DNA of 64,000 nucleotides from Squalus acanthias (taxonomy: Eukaryota), in assembly GCA_030390025.1 (NCBI GenBank), contig CM059432.1, positions 96,102,001-96,166,000 of the forward strand, given 5' to 3'. Position numbers and translations under genes: made by a program. Under the pieces are notes generated by a model that had not been told where the DNA came from, made no database searches, and saw only the letters and a program-made list of their open reading frames with translations. Of this stretch, positions 50,357 to 63,500 are shown piece after piece (position 1 is the first letter of the stretch; each line of letters begins with the position of its first letter).

Positions 50357-53300
50357 ATCTTTGCCTATCCTAGTGATGTCATGCAGTGCTACCCCAGTGG
50401 CTGCAACATGGCTGGTGGAAGGCTGGTGACTTTCAGTGGGGGACACTGCAAATGGCCTTGCTGGTCGGCCTTGAGGAGCTGGTGGCTGGGAGTGTGACAT
50501 CGTGTGACGGTGTTTCTTCTTCTTCTTCTTCATCTTCATGCTCCTCTCCCTTTTCTTGGTCACCCACTGTCTGGGCAGGCTGCATTTTTTGGGTGTGTCA
50601 AATGAGGAAGGCACAAGGGTGGAGTTGTGGTGATGGGAGGGCAGAAAGCAAGAGATGCATGCCAGAAGGATGATAACTTATGAGGATACCAGCATCTTTT
50701 ATCCTTTCAGCCCCACCGCTGGCCAAGGGCTCAGCCATGCCCCTGCCAAGAATGGCCTGCACCGTCTTCTTCAAGGGAGTGAGGTGAGGCTATGAATGGG
50801 AGATGTGCCTCATGATTGTTGCAAATTGTTGGTAGGTGAGTGATTGGGGGTGGGGGTCATGCATTGAGCAGTGTGTGAGGCTAGTGGTACAGTTGGTAGG
50901 AGACGGCTTTTGAAGATGCATTCACTGCCCTTGACCAGTGGTCTGAGGTCATGAAGATTGTTTGGGCACTGGAGCCAGGTGGTGGGGGCAACACTGCTGG
51001 CAGTGACAGCCTCGGTGATGTAGTCCCACATCATTCTTCCTGGAGGGCCTCTTGACCCCTGTGGGTAGACGACCTGTCTCGCAGTGTTGACCCCCTGCAA
51101 AAAGCTGGAGTGCTGCGTGCGAGACCCTGGGTGTCCCTTCCATGGCTTGCTGAGCTATTTGTGTTAGTGCTGAAGCAGTTTTCCCATTTTTTGAGGTTAA
51201 AAGGGAATTCAGCTTTAAGAGCTGAATATTCACATTTGAGACTTCTTTTTAATGTTAATTTTTTTTTGAAAGGTAGAAAGGGCTGAAAACTGCATTTTTT
51301 TCACTGCATTTTAATTTCTATTAGTTCTGATTGCATTGCTCCTTTAATTCATGGCCCTTTTAATTGCCCACAATTCCTTGCGAGCTCCGCAGCCTCACTC
51401 CCAGAGGCTGTGCGAAGCTCGAACACCACTTCAGGACAGGGACTTTGCCTCGCAGGTCTCCATTGACGCCACCAGGAGGTCGTTGCATGGAAGGTTGGCG
51501 CTGCGGCACCAATTTCCAGCCCCCCAAGAAGAATTTATTCTCCTTAGCGTTGTGGCTGTTAACTCCAGTTCCCGGTGACATCCGCAACTTTTGTGGCGAA
51601 CACGAATTTCTAGGCCCCAGACTTACAGCGATCAAGAGGAGAAATACTAGCAACATTCAAAGGAAGATGTGGAAAGGAGCCTCCTCAATTGTTCCAGGAC
51701 AAAAAATTTGATCACCCTTGGTTGTGAGTTGTGCTTCCCAGTGTAAGGTTGTATTAATCTTTATCTGTTAAAACTGTCTATTTTGAACATCAATTAAATT
51801 ATTAAAATTATAAAGTCTTGGATGATTCTGTCATTTCATGTCTGGAAAAGAAAAGCCTACACTCCGTTCACTAGCCACCAATTCTATCCTCCTTCCTGGC
51901 CACTATTTCAATCTGCACCGAACTGTTCACAAACTTGCTGTTGTTTTTGACCCTGAGCTCAGCTTCCAACCCCATATCCTCTCCGTCACCAAGATCTCTT
52001 ACTTCCATCTGTGTAACATCGCCCGTCTCCCTCCCTGCCTCAGCCCATCTTCTGCTGAAACCCTCATCCATGCTTTTTTACTTCCAGATTTCCTCCTGGC
52101 TGGCCTCCTAACTTCCACCCTCATCTTAACTTAAGCTAATTAAAAATTCTGCGGTCCGTATCCTAACTTGCACCAAGTCCTGGTCACCCATTATCCCTGT
52201 GCTTGCTGACCTACATTGGCTCCCAGTTCATCACCATCTCGATTTTAAAATTCTCATCCTTGTTTTCAAATCTCTCCATGGCCTCACCCCTTTCTATCTC
52301 TGTAACCTCCTCCAGCCCTACAACCCTTTCGTGAACTCTGTGTTCCTCCAACTCTGGCCTCTTGTACATCCTCCACTTCCTGTGTCTCACCATGCCTTCA
52401 GCCGTCTAGGCCCTAAACCTCTCCGTCTTTGTTCTAATATCTCCTTCTTTGGCTCGGTATCAGTGTTTGAAAAACTATGCTACTGTGAATCGCCATGGTG
52501 CAGTTTACTACGTTAAAGGCAGTATATAAAGGCAAGTTGCTGTTGTTGTTACTGGTTGCAAAATCTGTCAAAATATAGTAAATGTTTATAATTTTAAAAG
52601 CCATGGTTTGACTATATTGTTTATTCTTGTTGCCAAGAGATGCTCCTAAAATGAACGATAGTGCCTTGGAGTATCAACATGTAACACTATGGAATGGAAG
52701 ATCAAGGGTTCAAGCCCTATCTCTGCTAAGTTCACATTTTAGGCTCTACTGCTATGGGGAGACTTGGTGCCTCCTTATAGAGATCAAGGAATATCAGAGG
52801 TGTCTTCACCAAACAACTCTTGTGCTCATTATGATACTCAGCAAAGAGCAGCTTTTGCAGTGGTCTGAAAAGCTATGACAGAAGCAAAGGATCTATAAAG
52901 GGAGCAAAAAAAAGGGGAAAGAAAAATGTACACTCAAACTGAAAGGTAACATACTCTCAAAAAAACACCTCGCTGCTTGCATATCACTGATCCACTCTCT
53001 CCTGCCAATCTTCCTCCTGATCTTGCTTCTCCATTCCAATTTTCTGGCCTGAAAAGACTGTAGTTTCCCTGCTCTCTATTACAGCAAGGGAGTTAGGATC
53101 AGGGAGTAATAGGGCAATTTCATCATTCATGGCCTGGTGACGCTGATCTGTTGTCTGTAGTTACAATTGTGAGGGACAGGAGAGCAGATCAGTAGAGTCA
53201 GAGCAATAAGATTTAGAGGGATGATTTGTAGCAGTACTAAATACACACATATACACAGTCTAAAGGTGCTTTCCATCTCTCTTCCAATAACATTTCATGG

Positions 53301-56035
53301 AAACTACACCATATTTGAATATAAAATACATTATAAGGAACAAGATACTATCACTAGAACCAATCCACAATCCATATACCAATATATTTTGCTTTTAAAA
53401 TGAATGTATTTGAACAACTGGGTAATAAAGTGAGTTAGACCCAGTATTTCACCTCTGGGATCTGATTTCAAAACCAGCCAAGAATGATGACATGAAAGTT
53501 TCCTCTGTCTGCTGTGTGTAAGGAACTTATATTATTCTGGGCAGTCTGAATCCAGTTCCCAGTGTGCATGGACCCATAGCACAAATTTGGCACTAAACTG
53601 GAAATCTCATTCAGAGAGGCCACAGAATGGAAGAAATGAGAAATGGAAAATGTAATACTGCTGCAGTAGTGTGTTGAGCCTTTCTGGGGTTGAGATTGAA
53701 GCACACTGCTGGGGGAGTTTAGAGGCAGCTTTACTTTGTAACTAACCATTCTATATATGACCTGGATGTGCCTGATGCTGACACTGGGTGCTTGAAATGA
53801 ACAGTGTGCCATTCCCCAACACTTGATGAGCATGATTTTCAAAAAAATAAAAAAAATGTTTGTCTTCAATATTTCAGTATTTATAATTTTAATGACTTTA
53901 CTCCTGTGTAGGACAGGATCCACTTTTCTTTCACTGCACCAACCTTAATTAGTGAACCACAAAGTTGAGCGTGATTTTCAAGTCAGACAATTTATGGGAT
54001 AGGAATAATAATCCACAGGTCTTCATCATATGCGCACTTCCATAAGACAAGTTTAAATTTCTAGCTCTGTGACTTATTAGTGTTAAATATTTAAAGTGTA
54101 ATCTCACCTGTAAGTATTTAATAATAGGGATATGCCTCCTCTAGTTTTGTAATGAGCCATTTCCCATGGTCTACTACTTACAGAACTGGCAAACAAGTCC
54201 CAATTACCAGTAAATCTACAATGCTGAAATGTATGCATTTTTAATGGACCCTTATCAATGCATTCTGCAGATTGAACTGTAAAGTAGTTCATAGAAAAAT
54301 TACAGAAATGCAATAATTTGGGAGTTGAAATTGCAATGGTTATCTGGTGTCACATTGCACCAAAATTAGGGTTGAGCCCCCTTCTGATATTTAAAATCCA
54401 GTAATTGTATCAGTGGCAAGAATCCAAATATTATTAACTCTGCCTAGACTGAGTGAATAAAAGTACACTCCTTCTGGTAGTATTGAGGTCAACTGGGAAA
54501 GCTACTTGGGCAGAGCAATTTCAATTTAATTCCAAGACAGTACGAGTCCACAGCAACAATACAGCAATTCCGTGTAGTTTGGGAAACATACATGTCGCGC
54601 TATCAAAATTTGGAGGTGGTTTCTGATGGGAATTATGAGCATTGTTGAGAGATTGTGGGGGAAGTTTTTCCCTGCAGGCTAGCCTTGTTAAGGCTTAACC
54701 TTGGAGTATCTGATCCCGACAATGGGTTGAAAAGCTAAGAAGTTCTGCTTCTCAGTAATAGCATACATTGCCTTGACGGCAGAATGCACCAGTGATTGAA
54801 GAAAGTATTGGTCCCAGAACCTGCAAATGAATATATTATGCAAATAACGCACTGAAGTAACACATTTATTCTGCTCTGTACATCCATAGTTACACAAATT
54901 ACAAGCAGGATAACAAATCACACATTTAATACAACGCGGTAGCTCACTGACGGATTGCGATGACATTAGCAATCAGAACTGACATTTGCACTGCCTCCGG
55001 GACATTTGGTGCAAATTTATGATACTTGTGCAGCAGATCGTGTTAAATGTGCTAAGTGCAGAAATTTCCAGGATTATTGTGATAAATCACTTGCCCTATC
55101 ATAAATTGCGAGAATGAATCTCAGTTTAAAAATCCAAACCAGACTCCATTCGTGTTTATATATCAGTAATTTCTTACTTTGCCTTTTGGAAAGGAGTGCC
55201 AGGGCAGAGGGTCATGGACCATAGGCTCCCGCAGTCACATTATTGACAAACAGTCTGACTGGGATTTATTTTACTGATACAGGGGAACATCACAACTTCT
55301 GCACAACACACTAAAAATAAACCCTCCAAACAAATAAATAACAAGCAGACGCCCATCTATCTGGGTGACACGTTTCAGATCTTTATCCTCTCAATAAAAA
55401 GGTGCTACAAAGACATTCTTGGCCGTTTTTGCATTAACCGAGGTTAAATTTTATCTGGATTTTATACACGACACATTGCGATGATAAAACGACTTGCCTT
55501 GAGCAGCAACTGAAGAAGAAATCCGTCCTCCTGCCCCCAAATAATGAAGCCCCTGATCGCAGAAAAGACAGAGACACGCAAAAACACCAGGACCAAACCG
55601 CAAGCAAACAAGTTCGACAATATCAATTGAAAAAGTCTGCTTTTGAACAGGGAATAAATGAAGCCAAGGATTAAGCGGCGCACGGACACTGGAGCCCGAG
55701 CCGATGGCGCGATCGGATCAAAATAATAACACAGGAGGGAACAAAAACTGCTTCCTCTTCGCAGCAAGCCTTGACCAACTGCTAAACAAAGGCAATGTGG
55801 TAACTGCAGGGGCTTTAGAAACGTAACCACCTGGGGGGAGGACGGTGCTGAGACGCGGGCTGTCAGGTTTATTTACCTCAGAAAACCAAACTAGCAGGAC
55901 ACCCTCAAGGCGCGCTGCTACCCACAGTAAGCTGAGCATTCTGCCTCATGTATTACATTTAAAGACATTTATTTCTGGGTGAGCATATATAGGTTTCTTT
56001 TTCTCCTTATTCTGGCACATTCAGATCTCTCCATC

Positions 56036-56375
56036 TGAGCGCTGCACTGTCGGAGGTGCCCTCTTTTGGATCAGACGTTAAACCTAGGTCACATCTGCTC
56101 TCTCAGGTGGACTTAAAAGATCCCATGGCACTATTTCAAAGAAGAGCAGGGGAGTTATCCTGGAGTCCTGGCCAATATTTATCACTCAACCAACATAACA
56201 AAAACAGTTTATCTGGTCATTATCGCATAGCTGTTTGTGGGACCTTGCTGTGCGCAAATTGGCTGCCGTGTTTCCCACATTACAACAGTGACTACACTCC
56301 AAAAGTACTTCATTGGCTGTAAAGCACTTTGAGATGTCCGGTGGTCGTGAAAGGCGCTATATAAATGCAAGTTCT
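56036..56375 (+). mobile_element. Deu-domain SINE, 5' truncated
   Basis: Deu core and aaaggcgctatataaatgcaagt tail. Confidence 0.85.
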
Positions 56376-58469
56376 TTCCTTGAGCCAAATGCACATTTTT
56401 GACAATGGTTGTGTCCAATCTTTCCAGACCTCCACTCAAACCTGGTGTAATTCTGCCAGGAAGATGGAAATGAATAAACAACCACCCTCCCCTCAAAAGC
56501 AAAACATTGCAGATTCTGGAAATCTGAAAAAAAATCTATAAAATACTGCAAAAGCTCAGCAGTTCAGGCAGCATCTTTGGGGAAAAGGGGGAAAAAGTTA
56601 ATGTAACATTCCCTCTCAGTTTAGGCCCAGAATTTTCTGGAGTGGAACGTGTGCTGTGAGTTGGATTTTTTTCCCTCACCCTTCAGCTCCAATTCATTTT
56701 GCACTGCAAAATGCTGAAAGTGCAAGTTGATAACGGTGTGGCGAGGTTAACAGGGCATCTGGGAACCTGGTGAACGACATGACCAATAGTCCATCTCCTT
56801 AACATTTAAGGATAGAGAAAAACAGTGCGAATGACACAGAAGGAAATAGGACGAATTAGAGTTAAATTAGATGCAGAAAGAGAAATAAAGATTGGCTTAA
56901 GAGAGAAAAAAGAGGCAGAAAGGAAAAGTAAGGAAACAATTAAAATGTAAAATTTAAAAATCTCTAGAAATAGTTTACTACCTGCAGGAGTGAGACTCCA
57001 CAGCTTCAATTGTTCCCTTTCTGGGTCAGAGAGGTTGAGTGGTATTGCAGGAACATATATCTCATCATTAAAAGGGTTGTGAAATATCAGCCCTACCTTT
57101 CGGTGGTGAGTTTAATTTGTATTTACGGCCCAAATGCAGCAATTTCTTGAAATTCATGGGGACAGTAAACAACCACCCCTTATCTATTTTGTTAAACAAA
57201 TTAGGTATCTAAAAAAATTCACCTTGCCTTTTCTTTAAATAACTATCCCCCAAATCAGTTCAGACAAGAAATAACACATGCACTATCTTTTTATAGCAGC
57301 TGTCACAAGATCTTAAATTCATCATAAGATATCTGCCTTCATCATCTTGACCTTCTGCCATTTTCTGACATGTGTTTTTGTGTTTTTGGGACAAGGATTT
57401 AATGTATTTCATTGGGTGTCAATAGGAAAGAGGTAGCCCATTCAAGTTTACAAAGTAAGACTTGCTATTTTTGAGATCAACAGTGGTGGTCTGAGGTTTG
57501 TTACAATATTGTTCATTAGACTGAAACCTCTTTTAAATTCAGCTGTGCTGCACACAAGGGATTTGGCAGTGCCAGGAGAGGTTTTAAATCACTGGACTCA
57601 CTCTGTGTGTTCTCCATAAAGTTCCAGATACCGCTGATGGCTTGCTGAACAGCTAATCAGAAACATTGACAAAGGTGGCACACTTCCTTTTTAACATTTC
57701 GAATGCATGGGACAAAAGTCCATTTGCTGGGCTCCTCGATATTCAGGTCTGCTAGGACCACAGCGTGGGAAGTGCTGGAGACAAACAGCTGGTGCTCTGT
57801 GTTATTTTTGAGACTTTGTAGGAATTGTCCTTCATAAAAGCTCCTTAGTTTACAATTTGGCCTGAAAGAAACAGAGCAGAATTTCCCCAAGTATTTGGCT
57901 TTCTAAGCCTCCTCAGACTTGCTCCTGGTTTGTCTTTAAAGGAATCCAAGACTCTCACATTGATTTTAGTTAAATGCTCTGCATGGGGCAACATCATGGA
58001 ATGGGTTTAAGGCTCCTGTAACAGATTGGACAGCTCCTGTAGCACATCGTAAAGCAGACTAAGGTCACACAGGAACTCTGGGCTTGCAAGGTAGGCAGCT
58101 ACTCTCTCAAACTTCTTTTACACTGATTCTGTGATTCATCTCTAGCAGCAGTCTTGAAATGATGGAAGAGGCTGCAGGATACCCACACAGATTGCAATGT
58201 TCTGAAGTTACTTGTTACCCAACACATGTCCAGGATGTACCCAATGTGTTAATCTCGCATCTCCAACTCCATGGATGCTTTTTTTAAGCTCATGCTGATC
58301 CTTGCTGGTTCATTATCGATGCTGTCCAAAAACTCCTCGAAATGGTTAATGTTCATAACCACGGGAACAACATTGATCACTGTAAGCTAGAAATTATGGT
58401 TTAGGTACTGCCAGCTGAAGAGTAGTGGGTACTGTTCACAAAACTGTGAAGACCCTCCTGACCTCCCCT

Positions 58470-58932
58470 CCAAGGCGGCCTTCGTGATACACGACAACGC
58501 AGAATCATCGAGCAGAAACTGATAGCCAAGTTCCGCACTCATGAGGACGGCCTCAATAGGGATATCGGGTTCATGTCACGCTATAGAACGTGACTTGACA
58601 TCGTTGCCGGTCTTTCCAGTTTTTAAAAAAAAAACAAACACAAGAAACAAACACAAAAAATGGAGAGGATATGCAGCCAGCAGGTGTTCTGACGCGTTGG
58701 ACCCCCTGGGACACATCTCATTGTCTTGGCTGTGCTCTTAGTGTGTCTTTGATGTAGGGAAAGATTTAATCTATGCATTTTCTCTGTGTTTTTATATTCT
58801 GTGAATTCTGATAGATTCTCTCACAGTAACTTTGCCTGACGAAGGGGCGACAGCTCAGAAAGCTTGTAATTTTAAATAAATCTGTTGGACTAAAATCTGT
58901 TGGACTATAACCTGGTGTTGTGCGACTTCTCA
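58470..58932 (+). mobile_element. Penelope-like 3' fragment
   Basis: QRRIIEQKLIAKFRTHEDGLNRD and terminus homologous to 28595-30044. Confidence 0.85.
58832..58869 (+). ncRNA. Minimal hammerhead ribozyme motif
   Basis: TTGC-CTGACGA-A-GGGGC-GACA-GCTCA-GAAA-GCTT-GTAA. Confidence 0.7.
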
Positions 58933-58939
58933 TGATATG

Positions 58940-60509
58940 TGAGAGCATTGCGGGAGGCCCAAGGAGCATAAATACAGTGCAGGCACGGCGAGAGCGGCAG
59001 AGAGCATCGCAAAACAACCACAGGGAAAAAAAACTGACAAAGTGACGTCACAACCAATGCCTCCCTGGTGCCAGGGTACAGAACATCACTGAGAGCATGC
59101 AGAACATTTTGAGGGGGAACGGGAACAGCCAGAAGTCATGGTCCATGTGGGAACCAATGATATAGGAAGGAAAAGGGTTGAGGTCCTGGAGTCAGAGTTT
59201 CAGGAGCTATGGAGGACTTTAAAAAGCAGGACCTCAAAGGTAGTAATCTCTGGATTACTCCCAGTGTCACATACTAGTGAGTATAGGAATAGTAGAATAA
59301 GACAGGTTTACGCTTGGCTGGAGAAATGGTGCAGAAGGGAGGATTTCAGATTCTTGGGGCATTGGTACCAGTTCTGGGGCAGGAGGGACCTGTTCAAGAT
59401 GCACGAGTTGCACCTCAACAGAGCTAGGACCAATGTCCTCATGGGGAGATTAACTGATGCTGTGGGGGTGGGTTAAATCTAATTTGGCAGGGGGATGGGT
59501 ACCAAGTTGAAATATTAGAGAGGCGAGACAAGGTGCACAGAGGACTGGGAGAGACAAATAACACTAGAATAAAGAATAGTTTAGAAATAGGAGTGATCAG
59601 ATGGGGGGGGGGTGCGGGGGGTGGGGGGGGTGGCTGGTGGTGGCAGGCGGTAAATGCAAGGCAGTCTAAGATGGGTTTGAAGTGCATGTGCGTAAATGCA
59701 TGGAGCGTGGTAAATAATGTTGGTGAGCTGAAGGCACACGTTGCCACATAGGACTCTGATATAGATGCAATAACAGAGACCTGGTGGTCAAACAAGGGGA
59801 GGATTGGGAACGTAATATTCCTGGCTACAGGTATTCAGGAAAGATAGGGTAGGTAAAAAAGGAAAGATGGTGGCAGTATTGATCAAATAAACTATTATAG
59901 AACTGGAAAGGATTAGAAATAAGAAATAATAGAGGAGCTATTATGTGACTGAGTGTATACTATAGGGTACCAAATAGTGGGAAGCGGATAGAGGAGCAAA
60001 TTTTCAGGCAAATTACAGAAAGTTGCAAGAACTATAGAGTAGTGATAATGGGCGACTTCAATTATCCTAATATAAACTGGGATAGTAACAGTGTAAAAGG
60101 CAAAGAGGGGGAGGAATTCCTGAAATGTGTACAAGAGAACTTTTTTGACAAGTATGTTTCCAGCCCAACGAGGAAGAAAGAAGTGCTGGATCTAGTTCTG
60201 GGGAATGAAGTGGGGCAAGTGGAGCATGTTTCAATGGAAGAGCATTTGGTGAACATGTTTAGAAAAGTTATGAAAAAGGACAAGGAACAATCAAGCGTAA
60301 TAATACTTAACTGGAGCAGGGTCAATTTCAGTGAGTTGAAAAGGGATTTGGTACAGGTGGATTGGAAGCAAAGATTGGCAGGTAAAACAGTAAATGAGAA
60401 ATGGGAGACCTTCAAAGAGGAGATAGTTCGGGTACAGACTAGACACATTCCCATGAGGAGGAAAGGAGGGACATCCAAAGCTAGAGCTCCCTGGATGACT
60501 AAAGATATA
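58940..60509 (+). mobile_element. Degenerate CR1 5' portion (5' UTR, esterase, APE)
   Basis: VHVGTNDIG, SKVVISGLLPV, IMGDFNYP; cut by the Harbinger at 60510. Confidence 0.85.
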
Positions 60510-63500
60510 GGCCGCGAAAGTGGAGCCTTAGCACCGGCTGGTTTGGAAGAAAAAATGGTGGCCACCTCGCTTCCGCCCGGTTCCGGCGGGTCCCGTGGCA
60601 GCCGCCACTTTGGGAGGTCGGCAGCGCTGCCGTTGCTTGCATTCACTCCAGAGGCAGATTGTGACGCCAATGAGTGTGTAACGCTGATTTAACGCACGAT
60701 CTGCAGGTACAGCAAGTAATTAGGAAGGCAAATGGAATGTTGGCCTTTATTTCAAGGGGGATGGAGTATAAAAGTAGGGAAGCCTTGCTACAACTGTACA
60801 AGGCATTGGTGCGACCACACCTGGAGTACTAGGTACAGTTTTGGTCTCCTTATTTAAGGAGGGATATACTTGCATTGGAGGCAGTTCAGAGAAGGTTCAC
60901 TAGGTTGATTCCTGAGTTGAAGGGGTTGTCTTATGAAGAAAGGCTGAGCAGGTTGGGCCTATACTCATTGGAGTTTAGAAGAATGAGAGGTGATCTTATT
61001 GAAACATACAAGATTCTGAGGAGGCTTGACAGGGTAGATGCTGAGAGGATGTTTACCCTCGTGGGAGAATCTAGAACTAGGGGCATAGTTTCAGAATAAG
61101 GGGTCGCCCATTTAAAACAGAGATGAGGAGGAATTTCTTCTCTCAGAGATTCGTGAATCTTTGGAATTCTCTACTTCAGAGAGCTGTGGAAGCTGGGTCA
61201 TTGAATATATTCAAGGCTGAGAGAGACAGACTTTTGAAAAACAGGGGAGTCAAGGGTTATGGAGAGCAGGCTGGAGAGTGGAGTTGAGGCAAAGATCAGA
61301 TCAGCCATGATCTTATTGAATGGCGGAGCAGGCTCGAGTGGCCAAATAGCCTACTCCTGCTCCTATTTCTTATTCTTATGTTTTTATGTTCGACGCTGCG
61401 GCTCCATTTAACGCCCTCTCCTAATCACAACCAGCTGGCCGCAGCACTATTTAAAGGGATCATTAACAACTTGCAGCTGACTTGTTTTTTCAGTTCTACT
61501 GGCTCTATGTACGTTTGTGCAACTGTTTGGAGCTTTCTAAACTTATTTAAAATTGCTGAGGTGACGGGGGCGTTGCTGCAATTGGAGAACACCTTGGTTC
61601 TCATTTAAAGGCTTCTGCTCACACCACTTGCTCCCAGTCATGGGGGCTCTACTTGCAGTCCCCCTCACGCTCAAGTATGACAGGGAGATGGAGCAGAGGC
61701 AACGAAGAAGAGCACAAGATGCTCACAGAGGGAGGAGGAGGAGGGGGGGCAGATGGGACTCTCAGCAGGAAGCCTTACCCACCTAGGGTCTTCTGAGAGC
61801 ACTTCTCCTACCTGCACTTAAGCCAGGAGCAGTGTATTCGGAGGCTCTGCTTCACCATTGAGGTGGTCACAGAATTCTGCTACCGCCTGCAACCAGACCT
61901 GTAACCTCAGAGCAGGTTGACAATGGCCTCCCAGTGGCCCTCAAGGTCACTGTGGCCCTCAATTTTTTTGCGACTGGATCCTTCCAGTCTGGAGCAGGAG
62001 ACATAGCTAACATCTCCCAGTTTGCTGTCCATCGCTGCATCCAGGAGGTTACAGTGCCTCTCTACTCCAGGAGAAGGGACTATATCATCTACTCTCTGAA
62101 CAGAGAGAAGCAGGATGAGCATGCATGTGGCTTTGCCAGGATAGCAGGCTTCCCCATGGTGCAGGGCGCCATCGGCTGCACACACGTGGCTTTGCGGGTA
62201 CTGCATGTCATTCCTGAGATGTTCCGTAACCCCAAAGGGCACCACTCACTTAATCTGCAGTTGTTGTGCTACCATGCCCATGATGGCGAGTGCCCAGTAT
62301 CCTGGCAGTAGTCATAATGCCTTCATCCTGCACCAGTCCAGCGTGCCAGCAATCTTCCAGCTACCATGTCAAACCCGAGGGTGGCTGCTCGGAGACGAGG
62401 GTTATCCGCTCTAAATTGGCTGATGACTCCCCTCTGCAACCCACCACTCGTGGCCAGCACTCATATAATGACAGCCATGCTGCCACGAGGAATGTCATCG
62501 AGCAGACCATTGGGGTGCTCAAGCAACGGTTCCGCTGACTTGATCGCTCAGGAGGAACCTCCAGTACACGCCGGAGTGGGTGACCCATTTCATGGTGGTC
62601 TGCTGCATCCTCCACAACTTGACCATCATGAATGCGCAGCCCTTGGTACCAAAGGTTGTGGGACCACCTCAGGAGGAGAACGAGGAAGAAGAGGAAGAGG
62701 AAGAGGAAGAGGAGGAGGAGGAAGAGGAGAAGGAGGAAAAGGAGGAGGAGTGAAAAGGGAGGAGGCAGGCAGCAGATCCCCATTCTGGACGGGCTGTCCG
62801 TGAGTGCCTCATCAGACTCCAGTTCCAGTGAATGAATCCCAGATCCCCGCTGCTCACCAGTTCGCCATCTTACCGTTCCTCTGTCAAGGAACATCACAGC
62901 GTCTTCTTGGGCACAAAGCTGAAATGAGAGTTACCTCAAAACAAACATTCCAAACATAATTTGTAAATTTCTCTAGTGCAAATCAGAATAACAATGTCAA
63001 CTAATCACACTTGTGCATTGCCTTAGTGTCCGTCTTTAGTGTGGCTTTTCCTACTCTAGTGCTCCTACAAAGAACTCCCCCAGTGGCTGCAGCATGGCTG
63101 GTGGAAGGCTGCTGACTTTCAGTGGGGGAAACTGCAGATGGCCTCGAGCAGCTCTGGCCCTAGAAGGCCCAGCTGTAGACTGCACCACCTGGGCGGCAGC
63201 AGTTTGGGCTGGCTGATAACATTCAGCATCAAGGGCACTGGCAGAGGGGCAATGGTGGAAATATGAATGCTGTCATCCTGATAGAGGACAGTAGGTTCTT
63301 GATCCACAGAGCCACTGCCACTCTCCTGGAGTGGCGCCTCAGCATTCCTAGCCATCTGTTGGAGGACAGATTGCCGGACTGCTGCGAGACCCTGCAAGCT
63401 CCTTTCCACACTCGTAAACCCAGCCACGATGGCAGCAGTCTAAGCTTGCGTGGCAACAAGCTGAGACTGCAGGAGAGCAGTCTGAGCTTCCACTGCAGCA

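Larger units (their letters stand above)
48336..51616. mobile_element. Internally deleted Harbinger with Myb remnant (-)
   Basis: TIRs gggctagaaattc / gaatttctaggcc; TSD CCA; Myb-like residues at ~50930-51145. Confidence 0.8.
47756..51861 (+). mobile_element. Candidate solo LTR (~820 bp: 47756-48335 and 51620-51861)
   Basis: TGAAGG...CCTACA termini; flanks CTCT/CTCC; TATAAAA at ~48323; ATTAAA at ~51801; cleanly interrupts L2. Confidence 0.7.
47510..52550 (+). mobile_element. L2 fragment (47510-47755 and 51862-52550) hosting a nested stack
   Basis: HMYAD.TQLY, LNIGKTE; resumes with LIHAF, LADLHWLPV and an L2 tail. Confidence 0.85.

Noticed and set aside
53500..53815. Possible LF-SINE-like remnant
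   Set aside because: Resemblance from memory only and too diverged to call without an alignment
57657..58390. Exon-like minus-strand segments
   Set aside because: Short ORFs with no recognisable homology; cannot be supported without transcript data
62361..62897. Low-complexity Leu/Ser/Arg-rich ORFs
   Set aside because: Alternative frames of the GA-rich poly-Glu tract in the transposase tail
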